DNA from: the human T2T-CHM13v2.0 reference genome, Homo sapiens
Direction: 5' to 3' (one strand)
Assembly: GCF_009914755.1 (NCBI RefSeq)
Contig: NC_060925.1
Length of the DNA: 64,000 nucleotides
Shown here in pieces: positions 33,821 through 47,480 of the stretch. Below the pieces are notes generated by a model, which had not been told where the DNA came from, made no database searches, and worked only from the letters and a program-made list of their open reading frames with translations. Every line of letters begins with the position of its first letter. Position 1 is the stretch's first letter. The position numbers were made by a program, and so were the translations under genes.

Positions 33821-35729
33821 GGTCTTCCCTTTTTTACACAGTGGCCACATCATATTGTACTTTTCATAGTAACTAGAAGGTTACGCGAAAACTGCTTCCA
33901 AGCCAGGAATCCCCAGCCCAAATGTGGACAGTCAGCTTTTTGGCCCTAAATATAAAGAACTTAACATTTCTCTCACATTGCATCTTAATGGTTGGTTCTC
34001 TATCCCCAGTCCTATCATGGTATCTCCCCTGGTCCTGACATTCCCCAAGCCCTGACCCCTGCCTAGGCCTTAACATGGGAAGAGCCTCAAAAGCTCCCTT
34101 TTCCAGGGGCCACTCCTCTCGGATTAGAGGGTTGTTTCTGTGCTCAGCATGGCAGACTCTTTCCTCTGGGGTCAAGTCCTTTTCTCCATCAACCAAATCA
34201 ATATCTTACTGAGGAATTTGTACAGAAGAAGGGTGGTAGGGTGGCGGCGGTGGTAAAAGCTTGGCAGGCTTCAGGGGGATTAACCATTTTTGGCCATTGA
34301 ATGTAGACTAAGAAGCAAAAGAAGTAGATGGGGGAGGTTTTCAAGGGCCTGCATGGAGGACTAAATGACACTTCATTTGACTACAGGACATTCCCTTAGC
34401 AGCCATGGTAACTTCTGCCTGAAGGTCCAGATATCCCCATCTTGCAGGGATTCCCCTGCTTTGAGATCCTCCTTCTAAATTTGTGACTGCAGGCCTCTCC
34501 CCTGGAGGTTGTTGAGTCTGAAGTTAGCAGTTGACGAGGTCAAAGGCAGGATTTTTCAGAAAGACTTTAAGGAAACAGCAAGAGTCAGTTGGAGGATAAT
34601 AGCAGATGGGAAGCGAGGCTCAGAGAGAGTGGCCAGCCCAGAAGAAAACAGTGGGCATTCTAGGAAAATTCTAGGACAATCCTCCTGTTTCTTAACAGCT
34701 TGGAACTGGACTCTCCTTGGGGCAGAAAACCAGGATGGATTCAGCAAGAAACAGCAGTCGGTTTCTTGCAGACCTCACTTCTTGTGCCTTATTCTCGAGT
34801 TGATTCCCAATTGGAAAATAATTCACATTTAGAGGACCGAGCTTCACCTGAGTGAAGACACGGGAGTGTTTGGTACTAGAGACCTGGCTGCAGTCAAGGG
34901 CTGTCCCTGCCCGCTGCCACCTCTTGCAGGCATCTCCTTTCCTCCCCCATCCTGGATTGAGAACCTTCCGTCTGTCTGTCTGTCCTGCACCTCTGTCCCA
35001 GGCCCTTCACAGGTTCCTGGCTGCCTCTGTTGCAGGAGCCTGGGGCTCATTCTGGGCTCATGGGTGCTGTTTTGTGCTTCTCTTCCCAAGCTGCCAAAGA
35101 AGATTCTTCTGCCTGGTGCCTGCATAGTGTTTTCAGAGTAGGGATGACAAAAGGTTTTGAATTCCCCTTGCTCTTGTTAAAGATTCCTAGTGCCTGGGGT
35201 TCTTGCTGCCTCTCTGGTTCCTTTCCTGGTCTTTCCCTTCTCTGCCACACGGCAGTTCAGTTACACAACTGTCCATCCGTATCACTTCCCTTGCGTTCTT
35301 CCCACAGGTCAGTTGTGCTTCACAAGAACAGAGTGGAAGAGAGGCTGCTCACAAGAGCCTTGCCTGTGGTTTGTTTCATTGTTCTTTCTCTTGAACACCA
35401 TCTTTCTGTCCACTCCACTCCCTCCTCCTGCCCCCTAGCCCTCAAGTTTTCTGGGGCCCCCACCCCTAGAAAACAGGCACAGTGCCTGTGTGAAGAGGTT
35501 GGTTTCGATCTGTTTCCTCTAGATTGTGCCTTCATCAGCCTGGCCACGGCTGTGGGGCTAACGTAGGCAGCAGGTGGTGAGACCGTTGAGGGGAAGGGCT
35601 ACAGAAAGACAAAGTTGGAGTTTCAGGTAGTACAGCAATTGATGAAATCTGGCAGGAAAATAGCATGAGGAGGGACCCCAGTCACGAACAGAAAAAAGGG
35701 ATATGCCCTGGGCTTTTCTTGAAAAGGTT

Positions 35730-36500
35730 GCACCAATTTATGTTTGCCTCGATCCTGTAGGAGAGCATCCTTACCAGCATTGGGTATCTGTATTTCAGCA
35801 TGTTTTTGCTAATTGGAGAGGTGAAAAATGACATTTTGCAGTGGGTTTAATTTGCATTTCTTATATTATTAGAGCACTTAAACAATTTTTTCAAGTATTT
35901 GGTTATTATTTGCTTTTCTTCTTTTGTGAATTGTCTTTTCGTGGCTCTTAAAATTGTGGAGAGAGAGATATATATATGATACAGTTTACCATTTTCACCG
36001 TTTTTAAGTGTACAACTCTGTGGCATTGAGTACCTTCACACTGTTGTGCAGCCATCACCACCATCCATCTCCAGACGTTTTTCATCTTCCTAACTGAAAC
36101 CTTGTATCCATTCCACACTAACTTTCCATTTCCCTCTCTCCCCAGCCCCTGGCAACGACCATTCTACTTTGTGTCTCTATGACTTTGACTACTCTGGGAA
36201 CCTTATATAAGAGGAATTATTCAATATTTGTCCTTTTGTGATTGGCTTACTTCATTTAGCAAAATGTCATCAAGGTTCATCTATGTGATAGCATGTGTCA
36301 AAACGTCTTTCCTTTTAAAGGCTGAATCGTGTTCCACTGTATACCATCGTATATTCCGTGGTGCGCCACATTTTGTTTATTCATTCATCTGTCAATGGAC
36401 ACTTGGGTTGCTTCCACCTTTGGGGGCCATTTTTATTTTCACTGAGGCCTAAAGATTTTTCTTGTCACTTTGCATGAGCTCATAATGAATTAAGGGTATT
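35730..36500 (-). mobile_element. L1M (L1MB-like) 3' fragments
   Basis: tttttaagtgtacaactctgtggcattgagtaccttcacactgttgtgcagccatcacc...gacacttgggttgcttccacc. Confidence 0.75.
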
Positions 36501-36720
36501 AACTCATTGTCACCAATGCATCCCCAGGGAGCAGTGAACGTTTTCATCCTCTCCATTAAGGTAAGAAGGTATCTTCATGATGTGAAGCTCCCAAGTTGAG
36601 TGTCCAGGGACTCTGCTGCTGCTGTTTCTGTTTTCCAGTTCCAGAAAGTAGGGATCATTCAGGTTTCCCCAGCCTAGACCCCTGACAATATATTGGTGAT
36701 GAATAATACACAGCTTACAC

Positions 36721-37002
36721 TTTTTTTTTTTTTTTTTTGAGATGGAGTCTTGCTCTGACACCCACGCTGGAGTGCAGTGGCTCAATCACTGCAACCTCCG
36801 CCTCTCAGGTTTAAGCAATTCTCCTGCCTCAGCCTGCCAAGTAGCTGGGTTTACAGGCGCCTACCACCATGCCCAGCTGATTTTTGTATTTTTAGTTTCG
36901 CCCTGTTGGCCAGGCTGGTCTCAAACTCCCAACCTCAAGTGATCCACTCACCTTGGCCTCCCAAAGTGTTGGGACTACACGTGTGAGCCACGGCACCTGG
37001 CC
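36721..37002 (-). mobile_element. AluS
   Basis: Reverse dimer; TSD acacagcttacact. Confidence 0.92.
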
Positions 37003-37019
37003 AACACAGCTTACACTTA

Positions 37020-37225
37020 ATGAGCACCATATGCCAAGCCCCAAGTTGCCTACTTTTGCATTAGGTCATGTAATGCTTACAACCAGCTTGGAAGGTTGGA
37101 AGTAGGTGATACTATTCCTATTTTATCAGGAAGAAAACAGAGGCTTAGAGAGGTCATGCAGCTTGACCAGGGCCCACAGCTAGTAGGTGGCAGAGCAGGG
37201 CTTTGGACCTGGTTGTGTGTGTCTC
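37020..37225 (-). mobile_element. MIR
   Basis: ctattttatcaggaagaaaacagaggcttagagaggt...ggcagagcagggcttt. Confidence 0.7.
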
Positions 37226-37824
37226 CTAATGACACTCCGGGAAGCCCACCTGGTTTACAGTCCATGGCCAGTGGGAACGTTGGGAGCCCGAGGCGCTGGT
37301 TGGAAGTGGACCCTCCAGGCTGAGCCCAGACAGCTCTCCCAGACATCAGAGTGAGCTGTAGCCTATGACATCATTCCCTCTGTGGTCTCTGCGCCTCCCC
37401 GCCACTGCCCTGCCCCCAGCTGGGACTTGGGGAATGTATACGTTTGTCCTCCCGTTGGGCAGGAAGTGTGGCCACAGCTCCTGCACTCTGCTTACAGCCA
37501 GGCTGAGGTAACCATGCAGCTGTTTTTAAAAGCCCTTGGGCGCCATCGGGTTGCTATTTTGGGGACCACCTGCCGTCTGCTCCCACCCTGCCATCCAGCT
37601 CTTGTGGGCTCTGCTGGGCTTGAGGGGGGTTGAAATAATTTGGTGGTCAGTCCTTCAGCAGACTCTTGAACCAAGTCACTGGTTACAGCAAGGCTCTGGC
37701 CTAGGGACACCCCTCTGGGGATCTCTTAGGTGGCTGGTGATTCCTCAGAGCATTTTCCCACACTTACCAGCTTTTCTATTAAAGAGGTTCAGACTGTGCT
37801 TTTCTGTGCAGAAATGTTTATGTC

Positions 37825-38150
<326 letters not shown>

Positions 38151-38369
38151 TAGAATTCCCCTCCTCTCTGCCTCTGCTCCTGGGCTTTCTCTCTCGTTCG
38201 TTCGTACAGGGCCTAAAACTTGAAACACAGGAGGTGCTAAAGACATACTTGTTCACGTCTCCCCTTCTCTCCCCACTTTGTGAAATCTCTGGCACATTTT
38301 TTACATAGAACACTTTCTAGTGTATGCTAGGGCAGAAACACAGAATACGCTTTACATTTTGACTTGCTC

Positions 38370-38573
38370 TGTGTGTGTGTGTGTGTGTGTCTCTGTGAGT
38401 GTCATGGGAGCAAATATTCAATGCCTTGCCCCCTGAAATGACTCTCTCAGACAGCAATGTGATTGATTTGGGTTGACATGTTGTAAACAAAATGGAGCTT
38501 GCAGAATAGCTGTGCCTGAGTGTGCACACACACTCACATTCACACGCACATTCACACACACACACACACACAC
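38370..38573. repeat. (TG)n at ~38370-38390 and interrupted (CA)n at ~38525-38573
   Basis: Read directly. Confidence 0.9.
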
Positions 38574-39651
38574 AATACCTTGGCTGTAATGCAGGAAGTG
38601 TGATTCTGATGAGTTTCCTTCCAGCTGAGGAGGCAGTTGCTGTGAAGTAGGACATTTCAAAGCCAAGAGAGAATTGAGGCAGTGAGAGGAAAGGAATGTC
38701 AAGGAGTACTTGCAGTAAGTGTAGGCAGCGGGGTGGAAGCATGGAAAGACCCCGATGCCCAGGCGGGGGGCAGCGTGCCCTCAGCCTCACACTGGGGCTG
38801 GCGCCTGGAGAGTCAGGGAGAGAGCCTCGAACAGCCTTAGGCAGTGTCTGCCTCTGCTGCCTGGCCTGGCTGCACAGGGCCATCCCTGCACCTCCCCAGC
38901 GGAGTCCCCTTCCATCAGCGGAGCACCAGATCCCCAGGGCTGCCCTTGCCCTGTTTGCTCTGAGGATGGGCCTCACCTGTCCTCAGGCCCTTTCTGCTTC
39001 TCCTTAAGTGGCTTAGCCTGGAGGAGCCTCCTTTCTCCTTCCCAGCAGCAGCACTGCCGGAGCCCCACCCACGTGGGCTGAGATTCTCTGTCACCAAGGA
39101 CCCCAGGGAGACAGAGGTCAGAAGACCGAGAAACATGTAGGTGAAATAAAGCGAAAAACAAAACCAACCAAGAAAACCCCAAACCGTGCCTGGCTTTTCA
39201 GCAGCGACTTGATTGGACGTCCCTGTCTGTTCTTGCTCTTGGCCTTCAGGGTACGGCTGCTCAGAGCCGAGTGGATATCTTAGCTCTAAATTCCTGAGAA
39301 GTGGGACCTGCTTCCCCCTTTCCAGTCCTTGCCTGACTTTGGTTCTTTCTCTTCCTGGCAGGGATTAGGACTTCGTCTGCTGTGTTGTAGACATTCAGGG
39401 AGTGTTGATTGAGGGGCAGACTAGGAAGTGAGTGTGTTGGTGGAGCTGCTGTGAGGGGTAAAGTGGTAAGATGGCGTGTGAGCCAGAGGAGCTGCACTTG
39501 TCTGGGGAGAGTCGAGGCAAGAGGAGGGATCTTCCCTAATCCATCTGGGGGTGGGACTCAGGGAAAGGGACACACTGGGCGTTGCAGGGAGGGTGGTATT
39601 GAGATGTGGCACTCGTAGTGCCATGTTGCAATTCGCTAGGGCACCATTCAC

Positions 39652-39816
<165 letters not shown>

Positions 39817-40270
39817 TAAATGTTGCCCTGCAGTAGAGCACTTGTAGTGGATCACCATTTGCCATGCAGCAGGCATTATGCAATCATTGATGGAATGCTG
39901 GAATGCTTTCGTGTCCGTCCTGGGCCAGGCTCGGTGGGGGGACATGATAGAACATAGTCCTTCGCATCAAGGAGGCATTAGCCTTCTGCAGGGAAAAAGG
40001 CTGTATTCACACAGCACGGAGGGCCATAGAGAGCCACCATGACTCAGAGGGAACTCAGAGAGGCAGAGCTTCAATGAGGGACCCACTGTTCCTGGGAGAC
40101 CTCATGGAGGAGGCACTGCTCAATCAGGTAACCACACCAGGGTGACCATGCTGCCATCGGCTCTCAGGAGCACCTCTCTCTCTGGTGGCTTTAGCCCTCT
40201 GCCTGCCCCCAGAAGCTGGGCCCCAGAGCGCCTCCTTCATAAACACCTCCTCTTCTCTATTTTTCTGCAG

Positions 40271-40359
40271 CCTTCAATACCCCAGGTCCCAAACTACAGG
40301 CTGTCGATGACGATCCCAGACTGGCTCCAGGCGATCCAGAATTACATGAAGACCCTACA
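40271..40359 (+). CDS. VASH2: Vasohibin-2 coding exon 3 (PSIPQVPNYRLSMTIPDWLQAIQNYMKTLQ)
   Basis: Acceptor tttttctgcAG|. 89 nt. Ends CA|GTATCCTTCC, a U12-type donor in phase 2. Confidence 0.96.
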
Positions 40360-40716
40360 GTATCCTTCCAACCAAGGTCTGAGCACACCCAGCCAGGGGA
40401 CAGGCATGGTGATCGCAAGCCTGGTGGCAAATCTGTCCCCAGCTGGTCATCAAAAGCTCTCTAAGGTTGGTGAGGCCAGGCATGGAGGGATGTCCCGGGT
40501 GGGAGTCTAGAAAGAGTGTGCGTGGAGGTTGTCATTGCAGTGACCCAGTAGGGCAGGCTGGTTCCCCTTGAGCCCTTCTGCTTCTCTTTCTCCCTCCTCT
40601 TCCCTGTCCTTTCCCTTTTTCCCCTGAGCACCCCTCTTCCTTCTATCTTCTCCTCTTTCTCCACTTCCTTTCTCTTGGGCATCTTTGTTCCCCTCCTCCT
40701 GTTCTCCTTCACTGTC

Positions 40717-41004
40717 CTTCTTTTTGACATGAGGACTTGCTTTGTCACCCAGGATGGAGGGCGTTGGCGCATTCTCAGCTCACTGAAACCTCCACCTCCT
40801 GGGTGCAAGTGATTCTCCTGCCTCAGCCTCCTGAGTAGCTGGGATTACAGGCATCCGCCACCACACCTGACTAATTTTTGTATTTTTAGTAGAGACAGAG
40901 TTTCACCATGTTAGTCAGGCTGGCCTGGAACTTACCTCAAGTGATCCGCCCACCTCGGCCTCCCAAAGTGCTGGGATTACAGGCGTGAGTCACCACACGG
41001 AGCC
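40717..41004 (-). mobile_element. AluS
   Basis: Reverse dimer. Confidence 0.9.
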
Positions 41005-43855
41005 CTCCACTGTCTATTGCCTTCTTCCCTCCTACTCTTCCATTCGTTTTCTCTTTCTCTGTTTTGCCCTCATCCCTAACTGCTCATGATCTACAAGAGG
41101 CCCACCTGGTGCTGCCTTTGTCTCCCCAGGTGACCCAGGCTGGTGACCTGCTTGGTTCTACATGAATGGTTCGGCTTCTGGGATTGGGGGCCCTCTCCCC
41201 CGACTCGAGCTTGAAGAAGACTTAAGAAACTCACTGGGTTCAGTCTGAGTTCAGACCAGCTGGTTTGGTCCCTTTCTTCTCCGCATCCGCAGGTTGTTTG
41301 CAGTCAGGATTACATCAGTTCTGAGAACTCCCACGAGCAATGCTGTAGGGACAGAGGGGCAGGAGCGGGTGGTCCACCTGCCCCTTCTGGTATTTTATAG
41401 AGGAGTCAGATGGGAAGCTGGACCCCAGCACATTGTCCAGGAGGTCAAGCTTCTGTGGACCGCTATCCTTCCTCCATGAATGTATAAAACATAGCCTGTT
41501 CTACAAGGTCCCAGGCACATTGACTGGCTTTCTGTTTGTCTGTCCATACCCAGCCCTGAGGCAGAAAGGATTTCAGGGGGCACTGCACACATGCCCCACA
41601 TGTCCCAGAAAAGCCCCTCCATTCTATGTTATGGCAAAAATCTTTCTGGTGGATATTTGTGTCTTCCTTGCAGGGACCGAACACTAGCACCTCCCCCACA
41701 GGGGTTGGTGTTTACTAGATCGGAAAACACCAATTTCTGCTCATTTGGGTAGGGAGATTACTTGATTGGCTTCTCTGTTTTCACTTCACGGATCATCAAC
41801 TCCCCAACATGGCATCTTTCCAGTAAAATCCTAAGGCAATATTAGGAGGAGGAGGTAGCGCCGGTCTCCAAGAGTGAGGCTGGCAGCCCTAGCCCTTGGA
41901 AGGCTGTCTGCTGTTTGTGCTGATCCCCACTCTGGGACCTGCATGGGGAGTTCCACATGGTCCCAAGGCACAAACTCCTGCCAGAGCAGACCTGGACCCC
42001 AAGAGCTGGCCCTTTCTGGATGTGACTGACTCCTCATAGGCTATTCTAGAAGGTGACAGCAATTAGAATGCCTCCCCATCTCTTTTTTTTTTTTAACTTA
42101 AAGTCAACTGATTATAGGCTTTAAGGTTCCCCACTTCTATCTAGGACATGGTCTTCACAAGGATCATCTGGCTGAGAGTTAAGAGAATTAAACTGGGAAT
42201 GCATTGATGGGGCAAATTTGCATGTGCTTTACATATCATTTGCTCACACTGCTGTAAACCTGACAGCATATTCTCTGCCACATTTTCATGGTTGCCCTGA
42301 AGGATCTGCTTTTCCATTTTTCTCTTCTCTGACCCATTATGACTGCGAAGGTCAATGACCAACAGCATCACTGACTGCAGAGAGGGCCAGAGAAGGGAAG
42401 CACCAGCAGGCTGCGGGGACCTGCTCCCAGCCCCCTGCCCACTGGGGCCACTGCACGAGGAAGACAGGGCACCCACTCTTCTACCTGCTGACCTGACTTT
42501 TATTTAGTTCCTTGGGACTTCCTACTGCTTTGTCCTGGACACAGTGACAGGTGCCAGGATATGGGGACTGGTTGGCATCAGTCCTGACTGTGAATGTGCT
42601 CAGCTGGCGGTGGGGATAGGAAAGGACAAATCCTGCCTTCCCCTCAGACATCCTCGGCAGCAACCAACAAGAGTACTGGTGTTGCATGGGGTTCTGGAGA
42701 GAGAGGTGCCATGTGAGCTCTGCTGGATTGGGGGAGAAGCCTTCTAACAGCAAATTCGGGCTCAGTGAGTATCTCCCACTCAGGGCATGTTTAGAGCAGA
42801 CTTCTCCCCAGCCCACTTTCAGGGACTCAATGATTAACTCTAAGGAACTGAAAGAAGATGTTCAGGTACACTTTTTTTTTTTATTTTACTCTACGTTTGT
42901 CTCATTTGTTACACTAGATGTATAAATTAGATATGTGAGCGGAGGAAAGTTGGGCATAGAACTGAATTTTTGCCAATTGAATTCTACTTTATGTACCAGG
43001 AACCTCGTTGCTTGTATAAAATTTTTGGTGAGGTAAAGAAATCACTTCACAATGAGAATATTTAGCCCTTCATTTTCCTCTTTTACCTCTAGGATCTTGT
43101 ATGTTGTATGTTTTAAAAACTGGGCAAGACTGTATGGTTAGTTGTTGTTCTTAATGCCCAGGTCAGTAACTCTCAAACTGGTGATCTTGGGAGGCCCCCC
43201 AGCCCTCACCCTGGAGCTTCCTGCTCAGTCATCTAAGGTGAGGTGACTCTGAGTAGCATCTGGGGTTATGCTCCATGGCCTGAAATCAGACTCTCCAGGG
43301 CTGGAGCCCAGAATCTGCTTATACTGAGCTCTTCAAGGGGTTACGTGTGCTCGTGTCTGAGTGACCAAGCACAGCTGTGCCAAGAGAGGAATCCCAGCCC
43401 TTTTCAGGAGGGATCGAAGTGCCGCTAGGCGCCCCTGTCACTGTGGGGCACCCATTGACTCTCCCATCCCCACCTGGCCTGCAGCAGCTCTGGGCATAGA
43501 AATTCAGGCTTCATTAGCACCTTCCCGATGTGCACTTTTCCTATAGGCTTTTGTTTGAGGCAGAAGAGCAAAACCTACAAAGCAACTTCTCATTAGGCTC
43601 AGAAAAATCAAAACCCAGTCCTCAGAGAGCACGGCATCAGGGAACTCTCCATCTCCTTCAGAACAACTTGGTGCAAGCTGGTCAGTCCCTGAGACCTTCT
43701 GGGCAGTCAGCTAAATCCCAGATAGTGAATAATGGTGCAGCTTCTCAGATTTAGTAATCAATGCCAAGTGCCAGCATAGGCATGAAAAAAAGTGACATCT
43801 CCACAGTAAGCCCTGCTACAGAGTCTATGCGCTACTGCAAAGCCCTACTGCTAAC

Positions 43856-43985
43856 AATCCACCCTTTCATCCTTGCTTCCATCCGTCCCCATCCACCCTT
43901 CCAATCCATCCATCCACTCATTCATCCATCCACCTTTCCATCCATCCATATATTCATCCATCCATTCATGTATTCCTCATTCATT
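43856..43985. repeat. Degenerate (CATC/CATT)n simple repeat
   Basis: Read directly. Confidence 0.8.
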
Positions 43986-44027
43986 TAGTAACATTTGTTA
44001 ACTTGCATATGTTGGGTTTCTGCCAGG

Positions 44028-44320
44028 TTTTTTTTTTTTTTTTTAGACAGAATATCACTATGTTGCCCAGGCTGACGTGCAGTGGTGAGATCTTGGCTCA
44101 CCATAAATTCTGCCTCTTAGATTCAAGTGATTCTCCTGCCTCAGCCTCCTGAGTAGCTGGGATTACAGGCCCATGCCATTACACTTGGCTAATTTTTGTA
44201 TTTTTAGTAGAGACTGGATTTTGCCATGTTGGCCAGGCTGGTGTCGAACTCCTGACCTCAGGTGATCCACCCACCTCAGCCTCCCAATGGGGTTACAGGC
44301 ATAAGCCACTGCACCTGGCC
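44028..44320 (-). mobile_element. AluS
   Basis: Reverse dimer; TSD ttctgccaggtttt. Confidence 0.93.
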
Positions 44321-44368
44321 TTCTGCCAGGTTTTATGGGTGATATAAAGATAATGAAAGAATAGTTCT

Positions 44369-44490
44369 AGCTAGGTATGGTGGTGTATACCTGAGGTCCC
44401 AGCTACTTGGGAGGCTGAGGCAGGAAAATCACTTGAGCCCAGGAGTTCAAGACAAGCCTGGGCAACATAGCAAGACCATGTCTTAAAAAA
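44369..44490 (+). mobile_element. FLAM_A-like Alu monomer
   Basis: Monomer with A-tail; flanking aaagaatagt repeat. Confidence 0.8.
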
Positions 44491-44826
44491 ACTTGTTTTT
44501 TTAAAAAAAGAATAGTACCAGCTCTCAAAGAGCTTGTAGTCTAGTAGGTGAATTAAGACAAATAGTCAACTACCCGGAATACAGAGCAGATTGAAAAGAG
44601 CTATTATAAAGGTCCATGGTACTTTGAAGCCTAAGTTAGAAATTAGATTTCCAGGGCAGGATAGTGAGGAGTTAGAGGCTACTACTAGCTACCTTCTGGG
44701 TGCTGGCGACTTCTGAAAGCCCTCACATCCTCATCTCATTGAGAAATCAGAATGCATAGCTTTCTCTGCCACATTACTGGGACCTTTGGAGTTTTCTGTC
44801 ACTTTCCCTTTACATACTTTACACAG

Positions 44827-44883
44827 ATATAATCACACAGGGACCCAGTTCTTTGAAATTAGGAAAATGAGACCGCTGAGTGG
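44827..44883 (+). CDS. VASH2: Vasohibin-2 coding exon 4 (YNHTGTQFFEIRKMRPLSG)
   Basis: 57 nt. Conserved vasohibin YNHTGTQFF motif. acacAG| acceptor, GG|GTAAGT U2 donor. Confidence 0.96.
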
Positions 44884-45375
44884 GTAAGTGGTGCATGATC
44901 TATGGGCCAGATGACCTCTCTCCTACATTCGAGCTGCCAGCTTCCTCTCCCAACCTCTATTCCCGTAGCCCATGGCTCAGGTATCCTAGTCTGTAAGGGG
45001 TGGAGGCGGAGGGTGCCCCAGGGCCAGGTTGGAGGTGGGACTGAGGACTGAGCAACTCTGACAGTGGAGCTCAGTGGTGAATTCTAGCTTCCAGGGTGGA
45101 GGAGGCTTGTAAACTCTGCCTCTCGAGGCTTCATTTATTTGTTCTATTGTAATGCCCCCGTGCTGGGGCATTGGGAGGGTGCTATGGAGTACTGGCACTA
45201 ACTCCAGGAATTAACTCTTGTGCTTTGGTGCCTTCCTGCAAGGTGACTTCTCCCTTTTCCCTCCGTGCTCCTGTGTGGTTCCTGGTGTGGGGACAGGCAT
45301 GCTGATGGATTGACAGACTGACCGAGTGTGTAATTAAATAGGTTCTGAGATCCTCTGCTGTGCTCTATCCTACAG

Positions 45376-45450
45376 GTTAATGGAAACAGCAAAAGAAATG
45401 ACCCGAGAGTCCTTGCCTATCAAATGCCTTGAAGCTGTCATCCTGGGCAT
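45376..45450 (+). CDS. VASH2: Vasohibin-2 coding exon 5 (LMETAKEMTRESLPIKCLEAVILGI), catalytic Cys158 at 45425-45427
   Basis: 75 nt. LPIKCLEA active-site motif. ctacAG| acceptor; ends AT|GTATCCTTTA, a U12 donor. Confidence 0.97.
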
Positions 45451-45886
45451 GTATCCTTTAAGTTATGTATGCTTAGTTTACTCCATAAATGGCGGCTTCA
45501 CAATGGGGCTTGTTGTGCCTTTAACATTGTAAATTCTCAGAGATGATGCCCATTATCTCCTTTGAGGAAAGTGTCAAACTCCTCTGGTTCATCTCTTTAA
45601 CTTTCACCATGTAGAATTGAACCAAATCAATGCTTGGCTTCTTGGACCAATATCAGTCTAACCTGTGAGCTTCAGCCTCCATCAGGTCCAGCTCTCAGGC
45701 CAGTGACCTTGCAGACTCACTAATCACAAGGAGAATTCTAACTTGGAGGGACTAGAGAGAGTGTGTATGTGGCTGTTCTTTGCATTAATATGACATTGCA
45801 GCAGGAAAGACAGTCAAGGGGAAATGCAATCAGAGCCAAGAGTGCTAGTATCCAAACCCATCTCCAGGGAAATGTCTTTGAAAATT

Positions 45887-46149
45887 CAGTGATATGATCT
45901 CAGCTCGCTGCAACTTCCGCCTCCCAGGCTCAAGTGACCTTCTGACCTCAGCCTCCTGAGTAGCTGGGATTACAGGCGCAGGCCACCATGCCCGGCTAAT
46001 TTTTTGTTTGTTTGTTTGTATTTTTGGTAGAGATGAGGTTTCACCATGTTTCACCAGCAGGCTGGTCTCAAACTGCTGAGCTCAAGTGATCCGCCCACCT
46101 CAGCCTCCCAAAGTGTTGAGATTAGAGGCAGGAGCCATCGCGCCTGGCT
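45887..46149 (-). mobile_element. Alu lacking its 3' end
   Basis: Reverse Alu from cagtgatatgatctcagct to cgcctggct. Confidence 0.88.
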
Positions 46150-46479
46150 CGCCAGGGAAAATTCTAAGAGTGGCGTGTGGAGGAGACCAAGCAGTGGTGG
46201 TGTATCCTGACTTGACAGAACCCACAGCTAAAACAAGGGTCTAGCTTCTCCCACACTTTCTGTTCCATTTTTCACCAGACTCCCGGCTCTTCAGCCTGAG
46301 AGGAATATGGTGCAGAGAAACTGTGATGGCATCGACATATTGGTGGTGATGACCACCTCCCTTACACAATAGTCTCATCCCTGCACAATTTTATACATTC
46401 GAGCATCATGCCATTGGAATCACCCACAACCCTTTGAAATTGTGGGGATAGACCCAGGAACAGCCTTTGAGCCTGATCT

Positions 46480-47480
46480 GCCACAATCAGATAGAAGAGC
46501 AAAGATGCTCCGAAGTCCTATGGGATGGATGGCTGTAAGGGACAGTGGAAAAGGAAACACTGCAAGACAGGAGCTTGAGAGATGGTCCCAGGCAAGATCA
46601 GTTAGGTCCTTGAGCGCTGTGCTGAGAAATGACTTTTTTCCAAAAGGCAATGGGCAACCCAGATGAAAGCTCTGAAGCAGAGGTGTGGCATGCTTAGGTA
46701 TATGCTCTAGAGAGGTAGTTCTCCAAAGCACAGGCTGAAGGACAGATTGGGAAAGGCTGGGCTGGATCAGCAAAGCCCGTTGGGAGCTGTTACATGAGGG
46801 AATGGTGAGGCTAGACTCATGGCCCTGGGGATGGGAATGGATTTCAGGGAATGGTTTTAAGAGCTATCAAGGAGATAGAATGTATAGGACTTGCAGGCCA
46901 ACCAGACGCAGGAGTTAATGAGGAAGGAGTCAACGTCTCCAGGTTTCTGAATTGGGCAATCGACTGCGGGATTAGCTGGAGGAATGAGAGTGGCAGAGAA
47001 AGGATATGCGTCAATGCAGACCTGAACTAAGACAGTGCCAGTGAAGGTGGAGGGAAGGGATGGAGGCATACATCATCACCACCACTAGGGGACTGCTTAG
47101 ATGGGAGGAGTTATTGGAGAAAGGCAGTGACTCCACATTTCTGGCTTGCATGATAATGCCACAAGGGAAGAACTTCAAGGAGAGGATCGGATTTAGGGAA
47201 AGATGAGCTCAGATTTGGACATGTGAAATTTGAGGTGCCTTGTGGGATGTCGGAATGAGGTATTTGCAATGTGGAGCTCACAGGGGAATCTGCACTGGAA
47301 ATGCGAATTTAGGAGCTGTGATTAGGAGGTTGTGCTTACTGTTCAATAAGTGAAAGGAGAAAAAGATCAAAGATGAAATCAGTATTTTTTGGTCTAGTTT
47401 GGCACAAAGAGCCCATGAAAGAGACTTAAGAAGGAAAGAGAGGTAGAAAGAAAACCAGGAGAGAAAGGGGATGGAGAGGT
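46480..47480 (-). mobile_element. L2 LINE fragments
   Basis: Purine-rich L2-like motifs (gagctcagatttggacatgtgaaatttgaggtgcct; gtggagctcacagg). Confidence 0.6.

Larger units (their letters stand above)
40360..44826 (+). other. VASH2: U12-type (minor spliceosome) GT-AG intron 3
   Basis: 5'ss GTATCCTT matches the U12 consensus RTATCCTT. Candidate branch TTCCCTTTAC at 44804-44813, about 14 nt from the AG, with no long pyrimidine tract after it. Confidence 0.88.
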
